Shown here piece by piece: positions 47,992-57,972 of a stretch of 64,000 bases of DNA. The stretch covers positions 604-64,603 of the forward strand of contig CAMDWQ010000005.1 of NCBI GenBank assembly GCA_945877765.1, in the 5' to 3' direction. This DNA comes from Candidatus Omnitrophota bacterium. GTDB lineage: Bacteria > Omnitrophota > Gorgyraeia > 2-02-FULL-51-18. The first letter of the stretch is position 1. Each line of letters starts with the position of its first letter. The notes under the pieces are model-generated. The model was given only the letters and a program-made list of their open reading frames with translations. It was not told where the DNA came from and searched no databases. Position numbers and translations under genes: made by a program.

Positions 47992-50900
47992 GCGGCCTGG
48001 AGAAATTGGCGCTGCTGACTGGCGAGAAAACGCAGGGCCGTGCTGACGTCGACCTGGGTGAGCGCCCGCAAAGCCAATCGTGCGGCTAGTTGAAGCAACG
48101 CCCGGCCCAAGAGGACTTCCGTGAGTTCTTGGGTTTCGGGACGCAGTCCTGAAAGCGTCGCCCAGGCATCGTCAAACGGCTGAGGACGGTTTTTGGGATC
48201 CTTCAGACGGCCCAAAATGATGGCTAACTGCATGAAGCTAAATGATAACACGTCGCCATCGGCCACTTCTTTCACCGGCACGCGAAGCTCTTCTTGGAGA
48301 GCGGGCCTCTGCGGCGGACCAACACGCACCATCTCGGCTCCCACCAAGTCCTCGGGGGCAGATTCCAGAAAGAGACTACTATCCCAGCGGATCCAAGTAG
48401 CGGCATTGACGCCGACGGGAACCAAATAGACGTTTCGTCCCCATTCTTTCGATTTTATCGTATGTAAATACAGGATAAACGCTTCAAGGTACGCAGGACT
48501 TGCCATGTCCAGCCAGGCGGTGTTGATTTCTAAAATCACAGGCTTGGTGTGATCCACAATCACCGAATCCAAGAGCGAGTTGACGCGCCCTTCCACCGAA
48601 GAGGAAAGACTACTCAGCGCACTGATACTGTCCGCACCACGGCCACGACTGCGAATCAACTGCTCATACTGCCCGCGAGTTACCGTCAGAATAGATTTAC
48701 TGTAGCCACGAAGCCAAAGCTCGGCTTCCCCCTTCTTATTCATCCTGACATTTAATAGGGATGAATCTCGACCCCTAGCTGTCTCTACGGGGAAATCCGC
48801 CTCATTTTTTAATTGTGCTATTTCCCAGGTAGAAACCTTAAAAAGGTTCCTATTTTTTCGAATCAAACGGCGTAGATAGCTTTGTGACCGCGTAAGCGAA
48901 GACGCTGCACGGGCTCGAGGCCGACTGCTGGCCGACGACGCATTTTGCAAGCGTGATCGTGAAACATAAGGCTCGATAATAGATAAGCCGGCCAGTCGGG
49001 CGGCAACTGACGGAGAGACAAAAATAACAGTCTGCGTGAATTCATATGTTCCCCGCGGTGGCACTTTTATATAAAAAAACATCGCATCAGGCTTATTTCT
49101 GGTTAATTCTAATTCCTGGTCTCCGATATTCAGAATGCGCGTGGTAACGGTTGCATAATCATCCGTTAATGTAAACGTCCTATCAATCGTAAAATCTTGA
49201 TACTGGCGAGTCTCCAGCTCTAAATTGGAATTCATTGAAGTGGAAAGCTCCTCAAGGCGCATCTTAACAAATGCTGTGCCGTTGACACGGTTAGCGTCTA
49301 TCATCTTCCATTGCCCATTAAGCAGAGTTGGATATGCCCAAAAATGTCCATCCAATGTTTGGCCATTAACAGCGGTAGTATTCCAAAAAACAGGCATTGT
49401 CGCTCGAGCTGGGATCCGGAGCGAGCTCCTTCCCGATAGACTTATAAGCTTAATCCAATCTCTCCCATCACGCTTTTCAACCGGCAATACTCTCTTAGCT
49501 ATCGCAGATAAAATATTTCTTGCTAACTCACTATCTGTTTTTAGTGAGAGCTGCGTCGAAGATGCTTCTGGATTATTATCTGTTGGATTTGAAAACGATA
49601 AAAATTTGTGCATTTTTTTACCCTCTCTTTGAAAATCAAATTCAAGAGAGACAATCATTTGTTTTCCCCGCTGTCCGTGAGGGATACGAATGGTCAAGAG
49701 CCCATCCGTAAAATCGAAACTATCAAAAACGTATACATTGTTTGTAGATCCTGTAGCGCGTACGCCATGAACAAGCTCTCTAAAATTAGTGAAACGGCCA
49801 ATAGCTGCGATCAGCTCGTCACTAGTTATGCTCTGGACTTCATCATCAACCCATGCCGCCAACCGCGCAGCAACCGGAACCGCTGGAACCTGATAAGTCG
49901 CTTCACTTTGAAAATAACTGGTAGGCGCCGTCGGATTCATTTTGGAACCATAGGCAACCGCAAACAGATTCCCTTCTTTGGACTCATACATTTTGTCGCC
50001 ACTATCCATCGCGATTACTTTAAATCTAAATATGCCAGGTCGCTTAGCTTTTAGATTTAGAACATAGCGAAAGATGCCATCCTGGGAAAAATTCGGATCC
50101 CGAACCATATCAAATTCCGACTCAACCTCACGCTCATCCTCAGTATATTTCAACGTCACCTTCACAGAAGCAGCTGCTTCGGCCACATACGCTTCAATTA
50201 AAAATGGGGTTATCTCTGTATTGGCCGTATCCGTAAACCGATGCATTTCCTCGCGATCGTTTTCACTGTCGGGACTTGTGCGAACGATAAGATCTTCTTT
50301 TTTTTTCTCTAGATCTTTTTCTGAAAGCTCTTCCCTCTTGGCGAGCAATTTCTTAATCAGTGCTACGGCGCGTGTTACTTCCACGGGCACCGCCTGGCCA
50401 TCTTCGGTCACCGGATTTCCCTGTAAAGCGGCTCTGAGATTTTCAACAGTGATAGGTAACTTGTTTTCCCATTGGCCGGATTTTTTCCCCGCTACGTTTA
50501 TTTTGTTCTCCGGTCCATACGCTCCGAGGTCAAGCCAGTTGGGAACAAACATGAGCGAATCCGACATAAAGCTAAGCTCAAGCAATGCCTCTTGCACAGC
50601 GGAAGTCAATTCGCCTGACTCGGCTATGGAAGGGTCCAACCCCGTCATTTCAGGAAATTGCGCTCGGGCGATTTCTAAAAATGCTCTTCTTGTGCCTGTG
50701 TCGGTTTCATTCCAGTCACTGCGCATGGACTCTGAGTCATGAAGACTATAAGTCCTAAAAGCAACCGGCTGTGAGGAACGTGGATCATGAACATTTTCAC
50801 CATTCTCACTGGGCATTTTTCCCCACATGGAGCATACATAATCAAAAGCACCTAGATGAGGCTTTTTGAGCTGTTCCGACGTAAAACGCGCCAATGTCTC

Positions 50901-53900
50901 AAAGATCACCGACGTCCCCGCTTTTTTGGCCCGATCCAGAAGCTCTGAAAAAAGTTCCTCTCCCGGACCGTAATCGTAGGCAGCGACACGCAAGTTATCG
51001 TCGGCCTGGGGACCCTCGCCTTCGAAAAGATACTGAACAATTCCATTATCTATATCTTTATCAACCAAATCTCTTTTTCCATAACGATGGTCTGTCAGCC
51101 GGACATAATTCCACACCGGCCCCTGCCCGTAAACTTTTGGCTCCACCACATCATCCACACGGACCCATGGCGCCTCCAATCCTTGATACTTGTCATCTGC
51201 TTTTTTAGCCTCGCGCGCGACGTACATCATCGCGTACTCGGCCAAATGATCTTCGTCTGGATAAGCCAAGTCCACGAGCCTTTTGACCAAGGGATTGGCG
51301 GAAATTAATTCCGATGTTTTCAGCGCGTGTGCAAAAATCGCGGTAACTTTGGCGGCGGTCTGCTTCTTAATATTCTCCGCCTCAACTGGCTTTTGACTAG
51401 CCTCGGCCTTGGCGGCATCAACCATTGATCGCACTTGGTCATAGACCCCTAGACTCCCAAGAGTAAACTGACTTTCACCATCTTCCATATACAAATACGC
51501 CAAATAAAACCCAAGCACATGATCCAAGCGTATCGTGGTCGCCATTTTCTGGTAGTACTCAAAAAGCTTGATCATGTACGGCAGAGTATCCGGATGAGAC
51601 CAATCATAAGCAAAAAACTGCCAGTATTGACCAATGGGGTGCTTTTCCTCCGGTAGAGAGCCGTGCGTAAAAGGCCTTTGGTAACCATTTTCTTTTTTAA
51701 GACCGAAAATCTGGGGATTCATCCACACGTCAGCCCCGCCTCGGGCGAAAGGAATATCCATGGCGACTTGAATGCCATTTTCCTTAGCAACCGCCGCATA
51801 CTGATCAAATTGATCCCGCGCGACAAACTGGATAAACGAGCGAAGTTCAATCTCGCCTGCATATTTATTTTTCAAGCGCGCAATTTCATCCGCATTTCTA
51901 TCACTAATGAGTTCCTCCCAAGTTCTCCAATCCCAGCCATTAAATGGATTTTTACTTAGATGTTCTTCTTTGAGAATAAGAAATAGCATATGATCCGGTA
52001 GCCAGTCCGCGTGGTTGGCCTTAAACTCATCAAATTTTTGCTTGGTCTGGCTCTCTTTAAACCCAGCCGAATTTTTTAAAGAATCCCAAATAATTTCAAG
52101 GGCTTCTTTATTAAGCGCAATCACTTGGTCATGCTGAATCGTTTCGCTGTCGCTGAGGCTTTGAATTTGCTGAGCATGCGCTGTAACAAACTCGTCATAG
52201 GCTCTAAGATCCAGATCGCCGTTGAAAGATTCTTTTAGGGCGGCTACCAACATCGGAACGCTGATATAACGAAGGTCAATCGCTCGAGAACTATCCTCCG
52301 AATACGGCGAATTAAATGCCGCCGACCATATCAGTGGAAGGATCTGATGCATCGTCAATCCCATTTCTTTAAAAATAGGGATCATTTGAATAGCGGTCTG
52401 GAAATTTCCTATTCCCCAATCACCCTTGTGACGCAGATGGTGAAACGGCATGAAAGACCCTGTGATTCTCTTGCCGTATTCGACGGGAGAAATAAAATCT
52501 TTCGCTAGGGGCCTATCAACAACCTCAATCGCCGCCAAGCGCGCGCCATCAGCTTTCACCAATCCCGAATCGCGCAAGATGTCTTCAGGTTTAATGGCAG
52601 AGCCCATCATCATCAAATGCGCGCCTGTAACCCAAGGATAATCCCGACGAATTTTTTGGATTTGCTCAACAGCCTTGCGTCGACTAAATTTTTTGAAATT
52701 GTCATGTTTTTCAGTAGTATCTTTCTTCCACTCCGCTTCGTATTCACGCACAAGCCTAAAAGCCTCTTCATTTTTTCTCCAATTAATTCCCGTCAAATAC
52801 ATCCAAAATCGGATTCCCCATGGAGAAGCAAAAGCGGTAATACCCACATGAACTTTGATGTCTTTTGTGCGATCGTCCTCGTGAATTGCTTCCAAGTACT
52901 GTTCGAATGGCTCCCATAAGATTGGGGGCTGCGTAAATATGCCCTGAACATTTTTATGAGCCAGTCTTTCAGCGGTTTCCGCTGTAGGATATAAATTTGG
53001 ATTTGCAGCAGCATATAGTGAGATATTGTTAGCAGAGGGATTCATCAAATCTCTTGCCATTGAAGCTACGCTTTTCGATGAAACGGGCCATATTTCTGAG
53101 CCTGCCAAAAGATTTTTAAATAAACGTTGAGCTAACCCTCCTCCCGTGACTACAAATAATCCAATAATGTTTTGGTTTTCAGCGGCTAAGGAGATTACAG
53201 CTTCAAGACGCTTTATCAAACTATTTCTTCGACGCGCATTCGCCGCTATAGTCACAATGGTATTGAATTTGCTTCCGGCGGCCAACTCGAGAGTATCATC
53301 CGTTTTCACCAATCGCTTTCTGTAATTTTTAAAAACCTTCCAAAAGTCTAAGTTTCCGTTCATCTGGCTTTGATAAAATACATATAGATCTCTATCTTTC
53401 CACCAGGATTCAATTCCTTTTATGAAGAAAACGTGCTTAAGAATCGAGTCAACCACATGTGCCCATAAAAATTCAAGAGCTTGAAAACGTGCCGAGTAAG
53501 GTAGGTCTGTTAAAGTAAGTGCATACACGCCGAGTTTTTTTAATCGGTCCGGGCTACTGCTATTGAGCCCATTAGAACTCTCGACGGTGATAATAAAGCT
53601 ACTGTTTGCCTCCGCCAACCGCGCGCCCTCATCGCGAGCTTCCCTATGCTCGCGTCGCCATAGATTTCGCCTTGCTTTGTCGGTAGCCCTATTAAAATGA
53701 GGCCCCCCACCTTTCGATTTAGCCCCTACAAGTAATTCCGGCTCCCCTGCCAAAAATTTGCTCGCCATTTCGCGTGCAGAAATACGAGCTTCCTCTTTCA
53801 AATCTGATCCTGGTTGCTCTAATATTTTCAGTGTATTAAAAATGTTTATTTTTCCAGAATCATCAGCGCGCTCAAAAACTCGTTCGAGCATAATCAAAGC

Positions 53901-55961
53901 TATATGTTCTTGGGTGCTAGTCCGTTTTTCGGCATCGGGGGCAATACCTTTTACTGACTTGATTAGACACTCCACAGCTCTAGCCATCAAATCAGGCTCT
54001 AAAGCAGCAAAAAATATACTAATGCTCTTTCGATGGCTGGCCACAAAACCCCGCTGATCAAGATGCCCAACAATAAGCTCTATCGGTTTCAAAATTCTTC
54101 CGGAAAGGTTCTGCCGGGCTTTTACGTCCCGCTGCAATCGAGTCAATCTCCTTAAGGCTATGCCTCCATCCTTTTTATTTTGTATGTTACGAAGTTCGTC
54201 CTTTACCTCTATGTAGAGGGCAGAATATACGTTATCTTCTTTCTGCCGTTCCATACTTTTAGCAGCTAACCTCGCCCCCCGAGGGACCATTGTCCCCAAC
54301 CGCGCAGCAACAAGCGTTGTAACCAGCTGACCCTCAAAAACCTGCTGAGCACCCGGCACCGTTGCCAAGGTGGAGTCATTGTTCGAGGCGGTCTTGGTTT
54401 CCTGCTCGGATCCTGGGGCTAGCTGATCTAAGAGTATTTTTTCATATTTCTCTTTACTGGTTTCCTTGAGGATTCTCGGCACCACCACAACATAGGAAAT
54501 ACCGCGCGCCTGCAAAAGCTCTTTTAAATGCTCGGTATGAAACCCGCCGCAGACTAAAATGGCTTTTTTCTCCTGGTGGCGGTCCATTTGCTCCAACATG
54601 TTTTCAAGAAATGCCTTATCGCGCAGGAAGGTCAGGTCATAAAATTGCAGCGCCTTTTGGAAATCAACCCCCAACCGCTCATCCCACATCACCACGTCTT
54701 CCGCGGGAGACCCCGTAGCCATGATTTTTAAATTAAAAAAACCGGCAATATTTAGAAAGCTATAGTCGCTTGGGTTTTTTTGGATCTGGGTAAAATCGTC
54801 CTTGGAAAGCTCCAAGTTAAAAAGCCGCCTCAATACTTCCGAGGCACGGCAAGCGGCCAAAAGCTCTTTTTCATCACTTGTGCGCGCCAAAAGATTAAAG
54901 ACAATCTTTTCCAGCCCTTCTTTTTCTTTTAATACTTCGGCGGCGCTAAAAGCCCTCGACCTCATGACATATTCAATGCTTTTGGTCAGCTGGGGATAAA
55001 AAGAGGGGTTTGTATTTTTTTCTTTTAAGAGTGAGTAAAACGCGTCCTGCACTTGCGGATCCAACTTCGACCCATTCACTTTCATTTGCTCGGCAATTTC
55101 TACAAGGGGCTGACGCTCGCTGACTGAAAGTGAGGCGATTAATTGCGCCTGCTCGCTCTGGGCTTTTTCAAAATTGATTTGCTTCTCAAGCGTACGGATA
55201 TCTTGCATTTGGGCTAAGTGAGGAAATAATTCGAAAGACACGTTTAAGTTTTTTGCTTGAGCCGCTAGTGCGTCGAAATAGTCCGCGGAAGAGCTCTCTT
55301 GATTTAAAAAAGCATCCCGCCGGGCGTCCATTTGTTGAAGCAGAGGATTCCAAACCCTGGCGGTGAGAGTTTTTTTGGCGCGCCGGAGCCGGTCCAGAGA
55401 CTCATTTAAAAAAGGCCTGTCTTTTTTAAGATCGCGGTAAAGAGCCAAACCCTCCCAATAAAGTTTTTTATTTTCCACGCCCCATAAAGAAAATGTTTTG
55501 TCTGAGGTGAGATCTAGATAATCGGGTCCTTGAATCAAACCCCGGCGTAAAAAATCACGAGCAACTTGTTGTCTTTTTTCCGGCGTGGCAAAACGGCGCA
55601 GATAAGAAAGAGAATTGTTCCCCGTGCCGGCTTCTAAATAGACATGCTGGATCGATTCGCTGCTTAAAATCGTATCGATGGCTTTGGCGATGTTGAGACC
55701 GGCGGATTCATTGGTGTGTGCGTCGCGAATCAAAACGATTGATCGGTCCGCGTGCGGCGCTGTATATTTTTCTTCCATCAAGGCAACCGAGTCAGGAAGT
55801 GTGAATGTCAACTGCGGCGGAAACATCACTTGGCTAATTTCTGCGGGAGAGGCAAGCGCAAACTCTTGCCCAGCAAACGCCACCAGCAAAACCACAGAAA
55901 TGGTTTTGAGATAAAATTTAGACTTGTTGGGTCGTATATTTAATAGTCTTAATAAAGGCAA
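47988..55961 (-). CDS. Giant modular secreted protein 2 (2657 aa) with MTHFR-like and GH77 cargo modules
   Basis: TTG start, signal peptide, IRDAH/YLEAG/RD/GGFH N-domain paralogous to giant 1; [AG]ARL[AG] at module junctions. Confidence 0.85.
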   Translation of the reverse strand: MPLLRLLNIRPNKSKFYLKTISVVLLVAFAGQEFALASPAEISQVMFPPQLTFTLPDSVALMEEKYTAPHADRSIVLIRDAHTNESAGLNIAKAIDTILSSESIQHVYLEAGTGNNSLSYLRRFATPEKRQQVARDFLRRGLIQGPDYLDLTSDKTFSLWGVENKKLYWEGLALYRDLKKDRPFLNESLDRLRRAKKTLTARVWNPLLQQMDARRDAFLNQESSSADYFDALAAQAKNLNVSFELFPHLAQMQDIRTLEKQINFEKAQSEQAQLIASLSVSERQPLVEIAEQMKVNGSKLDPQVQDAFYSLLKEKNTNPSFYPQLTKSIEYVMRSRAFSAAEVLKEKEGLEKIVFNLLARTSDEKELLAACRASEVLRRLFNLELSKDDFTQIQKNPSDYSFLNIAGFFNLKIMATGSPAEDVVMWDERLGVDFQKALQFYDLTFLRDKAFLENMLEQMDRHQEKKAILVCGGFHTEHLKELLQARGISYVVVVPRILKETSKEKYEKILLDQLAPGSEQETKTASNNDSTLATVPGAQQVFEGQLVTTLVAARLGTMVPRGARLAAKSMERQKEDNVYSALYIEVKDELRNIQNKKDGGIALRRLTRLQRDVKARQNLSGRILKPIELIVGHLDQRGFVASHRKSISIFFAALEPDLMARAVECLIKSVKGIAPDAEKRTSTQEHIALIMLERVFERADDSGKINIFNTLKILEQPGSDLKEEARISAREMASKFLAGEPELLVGAKSKGGGPHFNRATDKARRNLWRREHREARDEGARLAEANSSFIITVESSNGLNSSSPDRLKKLGVYALTLTDLPYSARFQALEFLWAHVVDSILKHVFFIKGIESWWKDRDLYVFYQSQMNGNLDFWKVFKNYRKRLVKTDDTLELAAGSKFNTIVTIAANARRRNSLIKRLEAVISLAAENQNIIGLFVVTGGGLAQRLFKNLLAGSEIWPVSSKSVASMARDLMNPSANNISLYAAANPNLYPTAETAERLAHKNVQGIFTQPPILWEPFEQYLEAIHEDDRTKDIKVHVGITAFASPWGIRFWMYLTGINWRKNEEAFRLVREYEAEWKKDTTEKHDNFKKFSRRKAVEQIQKIRRDYPWVTGAHLMMMGSAIKPEDILRDSGLVKADGARLAAIEVVDRPLAKDFISPVEYGKRITGSFMPFHHLRHKGDWGIGNFQTAIQMIPIFKEMGLTMHQILPLIWSAAFNSPYSEDSSRAIDLRYISVPMLVAALKESFNGDLDLRAYDEFVTAHAQQIQSLSDSETIQHDQVIALNKEALEIIWDSLKNSAGFKESQTKQKFDEFKANHADWLPDHMLFLILKEEHLSKNPFNGWDWRTWEELISDRNADEIARLKNKYAGEIELRSFIQFVARDQFDQYAAVAKENGIQVAMDIPFARGGADVWMNPQIFGLKKENGYQRPFTHGSLPEEKHPIGQYWQFFAYDWSHPDTLPYMIKLFEYYQKMATTIRLDHVLGFYLAYLYMEDGESQFTLGSLGVYDQVRSMVDAAKAEASQKPVEAENIKKQTAAKVTAIFAHALKTSELISANPLVKRLVDLAYPDEDHLAEYAMMYVAREAKKADDKYQGLEAPWVRVDDVVEPKVYGQGPVWNYVRLTDHRYGKRDLVDKDIDNGIVQYLFEGEGPQADDNLRVAAYDYGPGEELFSELLDRAKKAGTSVIFETLARFTSEQLKKPHLGAFDYVCSMWGKMPSENGENVHDPRSSQPVAFRTYSLHDSESMRSDWNETDTGTRRAFLEIARAQFPEMTGLDPSIAESGELTSAVQEALLELSFMSDSLMFVPNWLDLGAYGPENKINVAGKKSGQWENKLPITVENLRAALQGNPVTEDGQAVPVEVTRAVALIKKLLAKREELSEKDLEKKKEDLIVRTSPDSENDREEMHRFTDTANTEITPFLIEAYVAEAAASVKVTLKYTEDEREVESEFDMVRDPNFSQDGIFRYVLNLKAKRPGIFRFKVIAMDSGDKMYESKEGNLFAVAYGSKMNPTAPTSYFQSEATYQVPAVPVAARLAAWVDDEVQSITSDELIAAIGRFTNFRELVHGVRATGSTNNVYVFDSFDFTDGLLTIRIPHGQRGKQMIVSLEFDFQREGKKMHKFLSFSNPTDNNPEASSTQLSLKTDSELARNILSAIAKRVLPVEKRDGRDWIKLISLSGRSSLRIPARATMPVFWNTTAVNGQTLDGHFWAYPTLLNGQWKMIDANRVNGTAFVKMRLEELSTSMNSNLELETRQYQDFTIDRTFTLTDDYATVTTRILNIGDQELELTRNKPDAMFFYIKVPPRGTYEFTQTVIFVSPSVAARLAGLSIIEPYVSRSRLQNASSASSRPRARAASSLTRSQSYLRRLIRKNRNLFKVSTWEIAQLKNEADFPVETARGRDSSLLNVRMNKKGEAELWLRGYSKSILTVTRGQYEQLIRSRGRGADSISALSSLSSSVEGRVNSLLDSVIVDHTKPVILEINTAWLDMASPAYLEAFILYLHTIKSKEWGRNVYLVPVGVNAATWIRWDSSLFLESAPEDLVGAEMVRVGPPQRPALQEELRVPVKEVADGDVLSFSFMQLAIILGRLKDPKNRPQPFDDAWATLSGLRPETQELTEVLLGRALLQLAARLALRALTQVDVSTALRFLASQQRQFLQAA

Positions 55962-56078
55962 ACAGCACGCCCCTTGGTAAAAAAATAGTGCCCGCCGGAT
56001 CGACGAATAGTTAAGGAATTATGCCTGATGTTTGGCTAATTATCAAATTATTAAGTCGATTAACTAATTAGCTCTAGA

Positions 56079-56148
56079 GTCATTCCCGAATGCTTTAATC
56101 GGGAATCAAACCTAGACATGATCCCCGATTAGAGATCTCGGGGATGAC
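56079..56148. repeat. Family B REP doublet
   Basis: gtcattcccg...cgggaatc / gatccccg...cggggatgac. Confidence 0.85.
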
Positions 56149-56160
56149 AAGCTTTTAGAG

Positions 56161-57105
56161 TCAAGCGGATACCCCCAAACTAACTAGAGACTGAATAACA
56201 CTTTCGTTGGCAAGTGTCGGAGTTTTTGTTTCTCTTCCCAGGCGCACGATGGCGCCATTGAGCGAATCAATATCAATTTTTTTGCCGCGGCGCACATCCT
56301 GAAGCATCGATGGAAAGTGAGCCGCAGTCCGGGGGATTAATTTACCAACCAACAAATCAATATATTCTTCGGCGCTGGCCGGACTGAGCACCACCCCTTT
56401 CTGTGTTCCCACCGCATAACATTCGCGCACGATAGCTTTCATCATTTCACGCGTATCGTCATTTTCAAGAATTTTTCCATAGGGAATCTCGTGAATTGTG
56501 CAAATGGCGTTGAGCGCGCAATTATAAATCACTTTTGACCAGATATAGGGAAGGATGTCCGGTACCCCCTGTGAGGGAATCTTGGCTGTATTTAAAATCG
56601 CGGCCATCTGGTAAGCGCTGAGTTTTGGGGTGGAGCCTTCGACCCCAGGACCGATATAGACCGAATCCGCATTAACCGTCACTTTGGCAACGCCTGGCTC
56701 GGTCTCGACCCCAAAAATAATACGGCCGGCCAAAAATTGTTCAGGGCTCACTTTTTCTAAAATAGCTTCGATGTTTCCTAATCCATTTTGCAAAGACAGC
56801 AGCATGGTGTGCGGTTTCATTAGCGGCGCCAGCTGTTTTACCGCTTCTTGAGTATCAAAAGATTTAACCGTGAGAATAATAAGGTCAAAGGACGTGCCTG
56901 AATTTTCTACCTCGGCAATCGTGGTGTACAAATCAAATGCTTTGATGCGGTAATCGCCCCAGATACCTGTAATGGCCAGGCCATTTTTGCGAATCGCCTC
57001 GACGTGCCAGGGACGTCCCAAAAGCGAGACTTCATGACCGGTTCTGGCCAGAAAACCACCCACGACGCTGCCGACACCGCCGGCGCCAAAAATGAGGACC
57101 TTCAT
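56161..57105 (-). CDS. panE: 2-dehydropantoate 2-reductase
   Basis: GAGGVG, VKS, LQNGLG, W.K...N, SMLQD. Confidence 0.9.
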   Translation of the reverse strand: MKVLIFGAGGVGSVVGGFLARTGHEVSLLGRPWHVEAIRKNGLAITGIWGDYRIKAFDLYTTIAEVENSGTSFDLIILTVKSFDTQEAVKQLAPLMKPHTMLLSLQNGLGNIEAILEKVSPEQFLAGRIIFGVETEPGVAKVTVNADSVYIGPGVEGSTPKLSAYQMAAILNTAKIPSQGVPDILPYIWSKVIYNCALNAICTIHEIPYGKILENDDTREMMKAIVRECYAVGTQKGVVLSPASAEEYIDLLVGKLIPRTAAHFPSMLQDVRRGKKIDIDSLNGAIVRLGRETKTPTLANESVIQSLVSLGVSA

Positions 57106-57159
57106 ATGATGAAATACTCCTAAAAAAGTGTCGTTCAGTGTCGTTCAATGCCATTCAGC

Positions 57160-57228
57160 GTCATTCCCGAAAGTTTTAATCGGGAATCAAACTAGGTATG
57201 ATCCCCGATAAATAAATTCGGGGATGAC
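57160..57228. repeat. Family B REP doublet
   Basis: Same palindrome pair, followed by ggcactgggatgac-like units. Confidence 0.85.
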
Positions 57229-57292
57229 ATAGGGGTGGCACTGGGATGACACAGGAGTGGCACTGGGATAACTCAAGGGTGCCCATGGGTTG

Positions 57293-57970
57293 CTAAACCC
57301 CAGACTTTTTATAACGGGTTTTGTCAAAAATACCCGCAGAGAAAAACGCTTTTTTTCTTTCCACGCACTTATTGCATTCACCGCAATGCTCGTAGCCTTT
57401 GGGATTCACACAGGAGAACGTAAGCTCTAATTGGAGATTTTTACCTAGCAGGAGGACTTCTTCTTTTTTCATTTTCTGGAAAGGCGCTTTGATCGCGATG
57501 GATTCATCAAGCCCCAGAGAAAGAACATCTTCCATCTTCGCCAAAAATGCCTTTGAGCTGTCTTTAAAAGGATTACCCTTCAAGACTCCTATTTCAATCG
57601 AAGAAATCCCGCTCATGGCGGCCACGCAGGCAGCTTTACAAAGAAACAAAATATTACGTCCGGGCAGATACATCGACTCATCTTTGGATTTGGGACCGGG
57701 CACCTTGATTCCCGTAATGCTCCAGTGCCGGTCATACGTATCGCGCATCGGCAGGTCCACAATTCGTAGAGGCTGGAGCTTGTGGGATTTGAGACTGCGA
57801 TGAAATGACTTAAGCCAGTAAATTTCCGCATCTTCCCAGCGCAGATTGTTGCGAATATAAAGCGGTGTCACCAACTCATAGCGCGAGAGAGCATCCGACA
57901 AAAGAACGGAGCTTTCCACGCCACCCGAAACTAGCACACAAACATGATTTTTGGGAATCTCTTTAGACAT
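57293..57970 (-). CDS. queC: 7-cyano-7-deazaguanine synthase (QueC-like)
   Basis: SGGVES, PGRN, TFSC...HCGECNKC.ER. Confidence 0.8.
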   Translation of the reverse strand: MSKEIPKNHVCVLVSGGVESSVLLSDALSRYELVTPLYIRNNLRWEDAEIYWLKSFHRSLKSHKLQPLRIVDLPMRDTYDRHWSITGIKVPGPKSKDESMYLPGRNILFLCKAACVAAMSGISSIEIGVLKGNPFKDSSKAFLAKMEDVLSLGLDESIAIKAPFQKMKKEEVLLLGKNLQLELTFSCVNPKGYEHCGECNKCVERKKAFFSAGIFDKTRYKKSGV

Positions 57971-57972
57971 AC

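Noticed and set aside
48072-48086. AARLA 30 aa before the end of giant 2
   Set aside because: Lies within the shared C-terminal region (giant 1 has no motif at the equivalent place) and bounds no module; likely coincidental.
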